Positions 47,683 through 57,383 are shown, counted from the stretch's first letter. The stretch: 64,000 bases of DNA from Gammaproteobacteria bacterium (GCA_965221695.1 OZ244905.1:1344001-1408000), one strand, 5' to 3'. Notes: a model not told the origin generated them from the sequence alone. Numbers and translations: made by a program.

Positions 47683-49134
47683 ATGCAACTCCTTGTCATC
47701 CAGAAAATTCTCGGGCTGCTGCTGATGCTGTTCAGCGTGACTATGCTGCCGCCGCTGAGCATTGCGCTGTGGTACGAGGATAAGACAGTCAAGACATTTA
47801 TGCTGTGTTTCATGCTGATACTCAGCATCGGCGCGTTTCTGTGGCTGCCGGTGCGTAAGGTCAGCAAGGAGCTGCGCCTGCGGGACGGTTTCATCGTCGT
47901 GGTATTGTTCTGGGCAGGATTGGGACTGATCGGCGCGCTGCCGTTCCTGCTTGCATCCGACCCCGATATGTCATTTACCGATTCGCTGTTTGAATCCGTT
48001 TCCGGTCTGACTACCACCGGCGCCACGGTGATGACCGGTCTTGACCAACTGCCGAAATCCATCCTGTTCTACCGCCAGGAACTGCAATGGCTCGGAGGAA
48101 TGGGGATCATAGTCCTGGCAGTGGCAATCCTGCCGATGCTTGGTATCGGTGGAATGCAGTTATACCGTGCGGAAACACCGGGACCTATCAAGGACTCCAA
48201 GCTGACACCCCGAATCACCGAGACCGCGAAGGCGCTCTGGTACATCTACCTGTCCCTGACCATCGCCTGCGCGCTGATGTACTGGCTTGCCGGGATGTCG
48301 CCGTTCGATGCGATCAGCCACAGTTTCTCCACGGTCTCGATAGGCGGATTTTCGACCCACGACCAAAGCATCGGCTACTTCGACAGTGAATTGATCAACG
48401 CCGTAGCGGTAGTGTTCATGCTGATTGCCGGCATCAATTTCACGCTGCATTTCATCGGTTGGCGATCCATGAGCCTGAACACCTACCGGAAGGACTCCGA
48501 GGTGAAAGCATTTGTCGGCGTTCTTCTTGGTCTGTGCGTAATCAGTTGCGTCTACCTGGGCTTGAAGGCGACTTACGACGACGCCCTGGGCACGATCAGC
48601 CATGGCGTGTTCCAATCCGTATCCATCGCCACAACCACCGGTTTTACCACCGCCGCCTACCAGGACTGGCCAACATTCCTGCCGGTGCTGCTGATCTTTG
48701 CCAGTTTCATCGGCGGCTGCGCCGGTTCCACGGGCGGCGGGCTGAAGGTGATCCGGGTGGTGCTTCTTTACAAGCAGGGCAAGAGGGAAATCAGACGCCT
48801 CGTCCACCCGAATGCCATCATCCAAATCAAACTCGCCGGTAAACCGGTCGATGAATCCGTCATCAACGCAGTCTGGGGTTTCTTTGCCGCCTATGTGGCC
48901 GTGTTCGCATTGATGCTGATCCTGCTGATGGCTACCGGCCTGGACCAGATCACGGCTTTTTCCGCGGTGGCCGCCTGCCTCAACAACCTGGGGCCCGGCC
49001 TCGGCGAGGTCGGCGCCAATTACACCGGGATCAGCGACATGTCCAAATGGCTGCTGTGCCTGGCCATGCTGCTGGGAAGGCTGGAAATCTTCACCTTGCT
49101 GGTACTGTTGACGCCTGTCTTCTGGCGCAGGTAA
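47683..49134 (+). CDS. trkH: Trk potassium uptake permease
   Basis: FESVSGLTTTGAT, QWLGGMGIIVL, GGCAGSTGGGLK, NNLGPGLG and MLLGRLEIFT. Confidence 0.96.
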   Translation: MQLLVIQKILGLLLMLFSVTMLPPLSIALWYEDKTVKTFMLCFMLILSIGAFLWLPVRKVSKELRLRDGFIVVVLFWAGLGLIGALPFLLASDPDMSFTDSLFESVSGLTTTGATVMTGLDQLPKSILFYRQELQWLGGMGIIVLAVAILPMLGIGGMQLYRAETPGPIKDSKLTPRITETAKALWYIYLSLTIACALMYWLAGMSPFDAISHSFSTVSIGGFSTHDQSIGYFDSELINAVAVVFMLIAGINFTLHFIGWRSMSLNTYRKDSEVKAFVGVLLGLCVISCVYLGLKATYDDALGTISHGVFQSVSIATTTGFTTAAYQDWPTFLPVLLIFASFIGGCAGSTGGGLKVIRVVLLYKQGKREIRRLVHPNAIIQIKLAGKPVDESVINAVWGFFAAYVAVFALMLILLMATGLDQITAFSAVAACLNNLGPGLGEVGANYTGISDMSKWLLCLAMLLGRLEIFTLLVLLTPVFWRR

Positions 49135-49203
49135 TACGTAATTGCGCTTCCGGGGCAGAGTCAGTCAGTTACAGAGGATTATGCTGACGCTGAATATCAC
49201 GGA

Positions 49204-49218
49204 CTAGTACTCTTTCAA
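49204..49218 (+). repeat. R5 motif CTAGTACTCTTTCAA
   Basis: Identical to 55881-55895; 14 of its bases are the reverse complement of 25138-25151. Confidence 0.7.
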
Positions 49219-49802
49219 TGAGCGAAACTGACCAGAAAAAATGGGACCGGATTTATACGGACAGCGCCGGCAAACCCGCCGGTCCCTGCCGGGCGCTGGC
49301 GGACCATTCGCACCTGCTGCCTGCCGGGGGAGATGCGCTGGACCTGGCCTGCGGGCGCGGCGGCAACGCGCGGTACCTTGCCGCCCGTGGATATGCCACC
49401 CGGGCCTGGGATATCTCTCCGGTGGTGGTAAAAACCCTGTCGGACCAGGCGCGCTGCCAGGGATTGCCGCTGATTGCGCAACAACGGGATGCCGGCGCAC
49501 ACCCGCCCGAGCCGGAGACCTTTGACATCATCGTCGTCAGCCGTTTCCTGGACAGGGCGCTGGCGCCCGCAATCTGTACCGCGCTACGGCAGCGGGGCTT
49601 GCTGTTCTACCAGACCTTCATCCGGGAAAAAGTGTCTGACAGCGGCCCGAATAACCCGGCGTACCGCCTGGAAGCAAATGAATTGTTGCGGCTGTTCGGG
49701 TCGCTGCATATCCTGTTTTACCGCGAGGAAGGCTGCGTGGGCGATACCGACCGGGGTTTCAGGAACGAGGCGATGCTCGTGGCGCAGAAAAGATGGATAT
49801 AA
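49218..49802 (+). CDS. Class I SAM-dependent methyltransferase (TehB-like)
   Basis: ALDLACGRGGNA, FDIIVVSRFLDR and YRLEANELL. Confidence 0.85.
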   Translation: MSETDQKKWDRIYTDSAGKPAGPCRALADHSHLLPAGGDALDLACGRGGNARYLAARGYATRAWDISPVVVKTLSDQARCQGLPLIAQQRDAGAHPPEPETFDIIVVSRFLDRALAPAICTALRQRGLLFYQTFIREKVSDSGPNNPAYRLEANELLRLFGSLHILFYREEGCVGDTDRGFRNEAMLVAQKRWI

Positions 49803-50101
49803 CCACACTTGAAGCCATGCTGGAACGGGGCCAGGACAATACACTGCTGCGCTTTACCCTGGGCAACCTCCTGTACCAGCAGAAGGCGTTTACAAAAGCC
49901 CGGCTGCACCTGTCCCGGGCAGTGGAGATGGACCCGGACTACTCCGCCGCGTGGAAACTATACGGCCGGACTCTGGCCGCGGCCGGGGAGCCGGACGCCG
50001 CAGCCAAGGTCTTCAAGCAAGGTATTGCAATCGCCGAAAAGCGCGGCGACATCCAGGCGGCAAAGGAGATGAAGGTATTCCTGCGCCGCCTGGAAAAATA
50101 A
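49793..50101 (+). CDS. Small tetratricopeptide-repeat protein
   Basis: LRFTLGN, DPDYSAAWKLYG and GDIQAAKEMKVFLRRL. Confidence 0.85.
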   Translation: MDITTLEAMLERGQDNTLLRFTLGNLLYQQKAFTKARLHLSRAVEMDPDYSAAWKLYGRTLAAAGEPDAAAKVFKQGIAIAEKRGDIQAAKEMKVFLRRLEK

Positions 50102-50150
50102 TCCACAGGTGAATATAGATAAAGCCCATCAACACATCTGCCTTAACCTA

Positions 50151-50243
50151 ACCCGCAACAGCGGGTGTCCAGTCTACTACTGTGTCGCCTGAAAGGCGGC
50201 GCTTTGTTTTACTGGATTCCCGCTTGCGCGGGAATGGTATGGG
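50151..50243 (+). repeat. dRS3-like mosaic repeat, family R2, most complete copy
   Basis: ACCCGCAACAGCGGGTGTCCAG-TCTACTACTGTGTCGCCTGAAAGGCGGCGCTTTGTTTTA-CTGGATTCCCGCTTGCGCGGGAATGGTATGG. Confidence 0.85.
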
Positions 50244-50291
50244 GTGCAGATCAGTTAGTAAAATTTACACAGCAAACCATCCGAGGATAGA

Positions 50292-51233
50292 TCAAGTCCT
50301 GATCTGTAGTCCGCCTACCAGTTCGGCCACATTGCCGATGCGATGCTCGTCCAGGTATTGCGCGATGCCGGCGTTGATCTTTTTGCACACCAGGGGGTCG
50401 TAGAACAGCGCGGTGCCTATCCCTATCGCGCTGGCGCCGGCAAGAAAAAATTCCAGGGCATCGTTCGCGGTCGTAATACCACCCTGCCCGATGATCGGTA
50501 TGTTGTGCTCCCTGCATACCTGGTAGACCTGCCAGGTCTTGAGCAGTGCGATGGGCTTGATGGCGGGACCGGACAGCCCACCCTGGTTGGTCCCGATCAC
50601 CGGGGTGCGCGTATCCAGGTCGACCGCCATGCCGGTGATGGTATTGATCACTGCCAGGGCGTCACTGCCGGCGGCAATACACCGGCGCGCATTCTCGACA
50701 ATATCGGTCTGGTTCGGTGACAGCTTGGTGATGAGCGGCTTGTCGGTCTCGCGCCGGCACGCCGCCACGACCTGCGCCGACATCTCCGGGTAGTTACCGA
50801 AGCTGACACCGCCCTCCTTGATGTTCGGACAGGAAATATTGATCTCAATCGCATCAATTGCCGAGTCATCAAAGATACGCGTTACCTCGGCGTATTCGTC
50901 GATCGTGGAACCGCACACGTTGGCGATGAACCGGGTCTCGGAAAAATCCAGCCTCGGCAGGTAGTCATCCACCACCTGGCGCGCGCCGGGGTTCTGCAGA
51001 CCGATGGAATTGAGCATTCCCATATAGGTTTCGGCAACGCGATGGGCAGGATTGCCAAGGCGCGCCGCCAGGGTTGTGCCTTTCAGGCAAACCGCACCCG
51101 CGTCGCGGTTGGAGAAACCCTTGACACGGGTATATTCCTCACCGAAACCGACACAGCCGGACAGTAAAACCAGTGGAGTATCGAATTGCATGCCGCAAAA
51201 GTCTATGGCGAGGCTGCTGTGAGGATTTGACAT
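50292..51233 (-). CDS. pyrD: Dihydroorotate dehydrogenase, class 1 (1B-like catalytic subunit)
   Basis: GMLNSIGLQNPG, EINISCPNIKEGG (Cys base), KLSPN and GGLSGPAIKPIAL. Confidence 0.88.
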   Translation of the reverse strand: MSNPHSSLAIDFCGMQFDTPLVLLSGCVGFGEEYTRVKGFSNRDAGAVCLKGTTLAARLGNPAHRVAETYMGMLNSIGLQNPGARQVVDDYLPRLDFSETRFIANVCGSTIDEYAEVTRIFDDSAIDAIEINISCPNIKEGGVSFGNYPEMSAQVVAACRRETDKPLITKLSPNQTDIVENARRCIAAGSDALAVINTITGMAVDLDTRTPVIGTNQGGLSGPAIKPIALLKTWQVYQVCREHNIPIIGQGGITTANDALEFFLAGASAIGIGTALFYDPLVCKKINAGIAQYLDEHRIGNVAELVGGLQIRT

Positions 51234-51522
51234 GGATGTACAGGACTGTTTAATTTAATGTCGATAGACAGGATTATCTAACATGGATGCACAGGATCAT
51301 TTAACATTGATACACAGGATTAACAGGATTAACAAGATATTATAATTTATAATATGGGAGCTTCGTTAATTGAAAACCTCAGCCCGGATTCAGGCAGTCT
51401 ACTGCAAAAACAAATAATAACTATTTTATCCTGTATATCCTGTACATCCATGTTAAATAATCCTGTGTATCAATGTTAAGTAATTCTGTTCATCCATGTT
51501 AAATAATCCCGTGCATTTATGG
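51226..51522. repeat. Mirror-image array of 23-bp units (consensus TTTAACATGGATRCACAGGATTA), four forward and four reverse, family R3
   Basis: Forward units at 51226, 51254, 51277 and 51300; reverse units at 51437, 51460, 51483 and 51506; AT-rich centre of about 90 bp. Confidence 0.85.
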
Positions 51523-52613
51523 ACGACCACGCTTCCGTAGAATTCTCGGAGGTCTGCAAGAGTTACGACGGGCAGACATTTTCGGTCCGGGACTTCAGCT
51601 TGAGTGTCCGGCATGGTGAGTTCGTCACCCTGTTGGGGCCATCCGGGTCCGGTAAGACGACCTGCCTGAAGATGCTGGCCGGCTTCGAGGAACCGAGCAG
51701 CGGCGAAATCCGGTTGAACGGCCGTCCCGTCAACCAGGTCAAGCCCTGGAAGCGGAACATCGGTGTCGTGTTCCAGCACTATGCGCTGTTCCCGCACATG
51801 ACGATTGCCGAAAACCTTGCGTTCCCCCTGCAAGCCCGGCATATCCCCAAGGACGAGATAGAAAAGAGTGTCTTGCGCGCACTGGACATGGTGCAGTTGC
51901 GAGATTTTGCCGGGCGCCGTCCCGCACACCTGTCCGGTGGCCAGCAGCAGCGGGTTGCCATCGCCCGCGCGCTGGTATTCGAGCCGGACCTGATCCTGAT
52001 GGATGAACCCCTGGGCGCGCTGGACCGGCGCCTGCGCGAGGAGATGCAGTACGAGATCAGGAACCTGCAGCAACGGCTGGGAGTCACGATGATCTACGTA
52101 ACCCATGACCAGGGCGAAGCCATGGTATTGTCGGACCGGGTCGCGGTCATGGACCAGGGGCGAATTTGCCAGGTCGCCTCGCCTGAGGCTTTGTACGAGG
52201 AACCGCAACGCCTGTTTGTCGCGAATTTCATCGGCGAAAACAACCAGGTCGAGGGGCGGATTCTCGACTGCAACCCGGACGAGTGCCGGGTGGAGGTGGG
52301 CGGGCAAATTGTGCGCGCATTCCCGGTGGCCGTTGATGAAAACGATACGCACACCTGTCTTACCATCCGGCCTGAGCGGGTGGCCCTGAACCCGCCCCCG
52401 GATCTCTACCCCAACTGTTTTGAGGCAGAGGTGAAAGACATCATCTTCATGGGTGATTACCTGCGCGTTCATGCCGCGCTTCTTGGACGTTCACAGTTTA
52501 TCGTCAAAATTCCCAATATCATCGGACATGGCGCAATCCTCCCGGGGGATACCGTCACCCTCGGCTGGCTGGTTACCGATTGCCGGGCGCTGGATGCCGG
52601 GGTTTCGGAATGA
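51519..52613 (+). CDS. PotA-like ABC transporter ATP-binding protein
   Basis: [39 protein letters not shown] and a TOBE-like tail. Confidence 0.92.
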   Translation: MDDHASVEFSEVCKSYDGQTFSVRDFSLSVRHGEFVTLLGPSGSGKTTCLKMLAGFEEPSSGEIRLNGRPVNQVKPWKRNIGVVFQHYALFPHMTIAENLAFPLQARHIPKDEIEKSVLRALDMVQLRDFAGRRPAHLSGGQQQRVAIARALVFEPDLILMDEPLGALDRRLREEMQYEIRNLQQRLGVTMIYVTHDQGEAMVLSDRVAVMDQGRICQVASPEALYEEPQRLFVANFIGENNQVEGRILDCNPDECRVEVGGQIVRAFPVAVDENDTHTCLTIRPERVALNPPPDLYPNCFEAEVKDIIFMGDYLRVHAALLGRSQFIVKIPNIIGHGAILPGDTVTLGWLVTDCRALDAGVSE

Positions 52614-52626
52614 TGCAGATGTACCA

Positions 52627-52650
52627 GGGACGGATTTCGAATCTGTCCCC
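52627..52650. repeat. REP-like hairpin GGGACGGATTT-C-GAATCTGTCCCC
   Basis: Imperfect palindrome between the ATPase and binding-protein genes. Confidence 0.5.
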
Positions 52651-52671
52651 TTATTCAACAGGAGAAAACAA

Positions 52672-53769
52672 GTGAATACAATCAAGACAACAATCCGTCC
52701 TTTTGCAGTCCTGGTCATGGGGCTGATGGCAATTCCGAGCGACGCCCAGGAAGACGATTTCATTACCGTCGTGTCCTGGGGCGGTTCCTATGCGCGGGCT
52801 TCGGTCAATGCCTACCACCAGCGTTTTGTCGAGGAGACCGGCATCCGCATCAAACTGGATGAATATAATGGTGGCCTGGCCCAGATCAGGGCGCAGGCAG
52901 AAACCGGCAACGTTTCCTGGGACGTGGTCGACATGGAGGCCGGCGACGCGTTGCTCGGCTGTGACGAGGGACTGCTGGAAACGGTGGATTACGAGACCCT
53001 GCCGGCGTCGCCGGACGGCGTCCCGGCCGCGGAGGATTTCATGGATGTCTTCGATGTCGAATGCGGCGTGAAAAATATCATCTACAGCACCGTCTACGCG
53101 TACAACGACACCCGGTTCCCCGAAACCAAGCCGACTACGATGGCTGATTTCTTTGATCTCGACAAATTCCCGGGTCGTCGGGGCATGCGCAGAACTCCCA
53201 ACGCCAACCTGGAATTTGCGTTGCTGGCTGACGGTGTTCCGGCAGATCAAGTCTACGAGGAGCTGTCAAGCGAGGCAGGCATCGCCCGCGCGTTCAGCAA
53301 ATTGGATACCATCAAGGACCAGGTGGTCTGGTGGGAAGCAGGCGCACAACCGCCGCAGATGCTGGCCGACGGCGAGGTTGCGATGAGCACCGCCTATAAC
53401 GGCCGCATCTTCAATGCCTGGGCCTTGGAAAGCCAGCCCCTGACCATCGTCTGGGACGGCCAGGTGCTGGCAACGGGATTCCATGTCATCGTGGCCGGCA
53501 CCCGCAAACTGGAGTTGGCCCGAAAGTTCGTCGCGTTCGCCACTACTACCCGGTCGCTGGCCAACCTGACCAAGTATATTTCTTACGGTCCGCTGCGCGA
53601 GTCATCGCTGGCGCTGGTGGACAAGCATGAAGAAACCGGAATCGACATGGAACCGCACCTGCCCAATGCGCGGCAGAACATGGCCAACGCGGTGCTGGAA
53701 GACCCTGAATGGTGGGCGGACAACCAGGACGAGATGAACGAACGCTTCGCAGCGTGGTTGATCAGGTAA
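52672..53769 (+). CDS. PotD/PotF-like ABC substrate-binding protein
   Basis: GTG start after AGGAGA, signal peptide, VSWGGSY, WDVVD, FFDLDKFPGRRG and AYNGR. Confidence 0.9.
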   Translation: MNTIKTTIRPFAVLVMGLMAIPSDAQEDDFITVVSWGGSYARASVNAYHQRFVEETGIRIKLDEYNGGLAQIRAQAETGNVSWDVVDMEAGDALLGCDEGLLETVDYETLPASPDGVPAAEDFMDVFDVECGVKNIIYSTVYAYNDTRFPETKPTTMADFFDLDKFPGRRGMRRTPNANLEFALLADGVPADQVYEELSSEAGIARAFSKLDTIKDQVVWWEAGAQPPQMLADGEVAMSTAYNGRIFNAWALESQPLTIVWDGQVLATGFHVIVAGTRKLELARKFVAFATTTRSLANLTKYISYGPLRESSLALVDKHEETGIDMEPHLPNARQNMANAVLEDPEWWADNQDEMNERFAAWLIR

Positions 53770-53858
53770 ATCGTGGAAGCAGGAAAAATTAACGAACAAC
53801 ATGAGAGCTACCTAACGTTCCACTCTACGAGCGCTGTGCTCTCTGTGGCATACAAATT

Positions 53859-55043
53859 ATGACCAAAACGCGTGCCCGCGCGGTCATGCTGGCGCTGCCG
53901 CTGACCGCGTTCATCCTGGTGACATTTGTCGCGCCCCTGGGCAGTATGCTCATGCGCAGCGTGCACGATCCGCTGGTCGCGGACATCATGCCCGAAACCG
54001 TTGCCGCGCTGGCGCAATGGGACGGGACAGGCTTGCCGGCAGAGCAGGTGTACACGCTGGCGGCGCAGGAACTCGACCGGGCGCGGGAAGAGAGAACCAT
54101 CGGCAAGCTCGCGACCCGGTTGAACCGGGATACCTCCGGGCTGCGCGGCGTGATTATGCGCACCGGCAGAGGCTTGAAACGCGCAGGTGAACCACCCTGG
54201 TCAGTGTCCTTGCCGGCAATAAATCCGGCCTGGGGGGAACCCGCGGTCTGGCAGGCGCTGGTCCGTACCGGGGCGCGAGTCACGCCCGTGTATTACCTTA
54301 ACGCGCTGGACCTGACCTTCGGCAGCGACGGCGGGATTGCCCGGCAACCGGAGGATCGCCGCATCTACACCGCCCTGTTCATCAAGACTATCCGGGTCAG
54401 CCTGACCATCACCCTGCTGTGCCTGGCAGTCGGTTATCCTGTCGCGTACCTGATCGCCCATTCAGCGCCGCACCTGGCTCGCCTGCTGTTGGTACTGGTG
54501 CTGGTGCCGTTCTGGACGTCCCTGCTGGTACGCACCACCTCCTGGATCGTGCTGTTGCAGCAACAAGGTGTGGTCAACGACCTGCTGGTCTGGCTTGGAC
54601 TGGTCCCGGATGAACAACGGCTGACGATGATCCATAACATGACCGGCACCACGGTCGCGATGACTCATGTGCTGCTACCGTTCATGATCCTGCCGCTTTA
54701 TTCGGTGATGCGAGGCATTCCCGCGGTACAGATGCAGGCAGCCATGTCCCTGGGCGCCTCATGGACCAGGGCATTTTATAGGGTCTACCTGCCCCAGTCG
54801 CTGCCCGGGGTCGGCGCCGGTTGCCTGCTGGTATTCATCCTGGCAATAGGTTATTACATCACACCGGCGCTGGTGGGCGGGCAAAGCGGGCAGTTGATCT
54901 CCAACTTCATCGCCTACCATATTCAAACTTCGTTGAACTGGGGGCTGGCCGCGGCCCTGGGTTGTGTGCTGTTCATCGCCGTGTTGCTGCTATTCCTGCT
55001 CTATGACCGGGTACTCGGGCTGGATCGAATGAAGCTTGGCTGA
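53859..55043 (+). CDS. PotB-like ABC permease
   Basis: VPFWTSLLVRT, LLPFMILPLYSVM and GYYITPALVGG. Confidence 0.92.
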   Translation: MTKTRARAVMLALPLTAFILVTFVAPLGSMLMRSVHDPLVADIMPETVAALAQWDGTGLPAEQVYTLAAQELDRAREERTIGKLATRLNRDTSGLRGVIMRTGRGLKRAGEPPWSVSLPAINPAWGEPAVWQALVRTGARVTPVYYLNALDLTFGSDGGIARQPEDRRIYTALFIKTIRVSLTITLLCLAVGYPVAYLIAHSAPHLARLLLVLVLVPFWTSLLVRTTSWIVLLQQQGVVNDLLVWLGLVPDEQRLTMIHNMTGTTVAMTHVLLPFMILPLYSVMRGIPAVQMQAAMSLGASWTRAFYRVYLPQSLPGVGAGCLLVFILAIGYYITPALVGGQSGQLISNFIAYHIQTSLNWGLAAALGCVLFIAVLLLFLLYDRVLGLDRMKLG

Positions 55044-55860
55044 TATGCGGATCAATCCCGGAAAATGGGCGCTGCGGCTGTTCTGTGGTCTCGCATTCCT
55101 GTTCCTGGTCGCGCCGATCCTGGTGATCATCCCGCTGTCGTTCAACGCCGAACCCTATTTTACGTTTACCCGGGGCATGCTGGAACTGGATCCGGATGCG
55201 TATTCTCTGCGCTGGTATCAACAGGTAATTTTCGGTGAACAATGGCAAAACGCGGCGCTGAACTCACTCATCATCGGCGTGTCGGCAACGGCCCTGGCAA
55301 CCGTGCTGGGCACACTGGCAGCCCTGGGCCTGTCCAGCCCGGCGCTACCCTGGCGCCGCTCGCTCACCGCGCTGTTGATTTCGCCACTCATCGTACCTAT
55401 CGTGATCAGCGCCACGGGCATGTTCTTCTTCTATTCCAGTCTCAACCTGACCCAGACCTACAGCGCATTGATCCTGTCACACGCAGCCCTGGGCGCACCG
55501 TTCGTGGTGATCACGGTGACAGCGTCCATGGCCGGTTTCAACCGGGAGCTGCTGCTCGCGTCGGCGAGTCTTGGAGCCGGACCGATACGGAGTTTTTTCA
55601 AAGTCCAGTTGCCTATCATCAGCCCCGGTGTGATTTCCGGCGCACTGTTTGCGTTTGCCGCATCCCTGGATGAAGTGGTGGTTGTGCTGTTCATGGGCGG
55701 CATTGAGCAGCGCACTATCCCCAGGGAAATGTGGTCCGGCATACGCGAAGAGATCAGCCCGGCCATCCTTGCCGCGGCCACTTTCCTGATCCTGGTCGCG
55801 CTGCTGTTGCTGATTGCAGTCGAACTACTGCAACGCCCAGAGAAAAAACGGGGTAATTAA
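55036..55860 (+). CDS. PotC-like ABC permease
   Basis: APILVIIPLSFN, YSLRWY, ASASLGA and SLDEVVV. The start may be ATG 55045. Confidence 0.92.
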   Translation: MADMRINPGKWALRLFCGLAFLFLVAPILVIIPLSFNAEPYFTFTRGMLELDPDAYSLRWYQQVIFGEQWQNAALNSLIIGVSATALATVLGTLAALGLSSPALPWRRSLTALLISPLIVPIVISATGMFFFYSSLNLTQTYSALILSHAALGAPFVVITVTASMAGFNRELLLASASLGAGPIRSFFKVQLPIISPGVISGALFAFAASLDEVVVVLFMGGIEQRTIPREMWSGIREEISPAILAAATFLILVALLLLIAVELLQRPEKKRGN

Positions 55861-55895
55861 GGAACTTCTGAGACTTAATCCTAGTACTCTTTCAA
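55858..55895 (+). repeat. Truncated R1 copy fused to an R5 motif
   Basis: TAAGGAACTTCTGAGACTTAATC followed by CTAGTACTCTTTCAA fills the gap between the potC-like and gpsA stops. Confidence 0.7.
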
Positions 55896-55896
55896 C

Positions 55897-56898
55897 TTAA
55901 TTCATTTCCGGTTTCTGTTCCCGTGACAGTAAATCATGTACTGCCGCCTGCGGGGTGACTTTGCCGTCAATCACGTTCAGGACCTGTTTGCTGATAGGCA
56001 TATCCACCTTGTATTTTTCAGCCAGCGCGCAGACCACCCGGGCGGTGTGTAGACCTTCCACCGCCTGGCCGATTTCCGCCAGCGCCTGTTCCGGCATTCT
56101 GCCCTGGGCCAAGGCCAGACCAAAACGGCGGTTACGGGATTGATCGTCCGTACAGGTGAGTGTCAGGTCGCCCAGCCCGGACAAACCCATGAAGGTATCG
56201 GCCCTGCCTCCCATAGCCCGTCCCAGACGCATGATCTCAGCCAACCCCCTGGCAATTAACGCGGCCCGGGTGTTGGCGCCATAGCGCAGTCCATCGGCGA
56301 TGCCGGCGGCAATTGCCATGACGTTCTTTACGGCGCCGCCAACCTGCGCGCCGATGATATCATCGTGGGTGTAGGACCTGAATACCTCGCAATGGAATAA
56401 TTGTGATAATTCAAGCGCAACGGAAGGGTTTTGCGAGGCAATCGTCACCGCAGTGGGCATACCCTCCGCCACTTCCCGCGCGAACGACGGCCCGGACAGC
56501 GCCGCGACCCCGACGCCAGGCAGATATTGCTCCACCAGCAAGTGGTTAAGAGTCAAGGAGCGCTGATCGATGCCCTTGCTCGCCAAGCAGATACTGAAGT
56601 CGTGTTTTGGCAGCCCTTGCAACTCCTCCAACACATCGATCAATCCGGCGCATGGCGTAGCTAGCAAAACATGTTTCACGCCGGTAGGGAGCGGCGTAAA
56701 ACGGCGCACGGCAGTCAGGTTGTCGGGAAACTCATGGCCAGGGAGATGGTGATTATTGCATTTTTCCTCTATCAGCCGGTCCAGATGCGAGTCAAGGCAA
56801 TCCCACAGGAAGGTCCGATGTCCGTTGCGCGCCAGGACCAGCGCCAGGGCAGTGCCCCAAGAGCCTGCGCCCACAACCATTACCGGGAGCTTGCTCAA
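55897..56898 (-). CDS. gpsA: NAD(P)H-dependent glycerol-3-phosphate dehydrogenase
   Basis: GAGSWGTAL, SGPSFA, GGAVKNVMAI and GLGDLTLTCTDDQSRNRRFG. The TTG start overlaps the secB stop. Confidence 0.96.
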   Translation of the reverse strand: MSKLPVMVVGAGSWGTALALVLARNGHRTFLWDCLDSHLDRLIEEKCNNHHLPGHEFPDNLTAVRRFTPLPTGVKHVLLATPCAGLIDVLEELQGLPKHDFSICLASKGIDQRSLTLNHLLVEQYLPGVGVAALSGPSFAREVAEGMPTAVTIASQNPSVALELSQLFHCEVFRSYTHDDIIGAQVGGAVKNVMAIAAGIADGLRYGANTRAALIARGLAEIMRLGRAMGGRADTFMGLSGLGDLTLTCTDDQSRNRRFGLALAQGRMPEQALAEIGQAVEGLHTARVVCALAEKYKVDMPISKQVLNVIDGKVTPQAAVHDLLSREQKPEMN

Positions 56899-57383
56899 TG
56901 GCGCACTTCCGCCTCTGCGGCGCGTTTCTGTCGGAGCTGCTGGTACAGCGCATCGAAATTCACCGGCGCCAGCAGCAGTTGCGGGAACCCGGCGCGCAGC
57001 GCCAGATCGGAGATCATTTCGCGCACATAGGGAAACAGGATATTCGGGCAAACAGTAGCCAGCATACGGCCCAGGATATCCTCGGGGAAATCAACGATGA
57101 GAAATATACCGGCCTGTTGCACCTCAATGAGATAAACAGTCTTGTCCTGAGCGCTGACTGTGGCGGTCACCGACAGGGTTACCTCATACAGATTGTCCCC
57201 GAGTCCATCTGCCGAGTTAGCGATATCCATGTGCACAGAAGGTTTCCACTGCTCCCGGAAGATCTGCGGCGATCCAGGGGTTTCCAGCGAGACGTTCTTT
57301 ACGTAAATCTTCTGGATGTCGAACTGGCCGCGCGGGCCCGTTCCTTCAGTCGACGCCGGCTGGTTTTGCTGCTCCTCTGCCAT
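56895..57383 (-). CDS. secB: Protein export chaperone SecB
   Basis: IQKIYVKNVSLETP, EVQQAGIF, CPNILFPY and GFPQLLLAPVNFDALY. Confidence 0.96.
   Translation of the reverse strand: MAEEQQNQPASTEGTGPRGQFDIQKIYVKNVSLETPGSPQIFREQWKPSVHMDIANSADGLGDNLYEVTLSVTATVSAQDKTVYLIEVQQAGIFLIVDFPEDILGRMLATVCPNILFPYVREMISDLALRAGFPQLLLAPVNFDALYQQLRQKRAAEAEVRH

Noticed and set aside
51226-51522. CRISPR array
   Set aside because: The units are adjacent without unique spacers, are degenerate, switch orientation, and there are no cas genes in the window.
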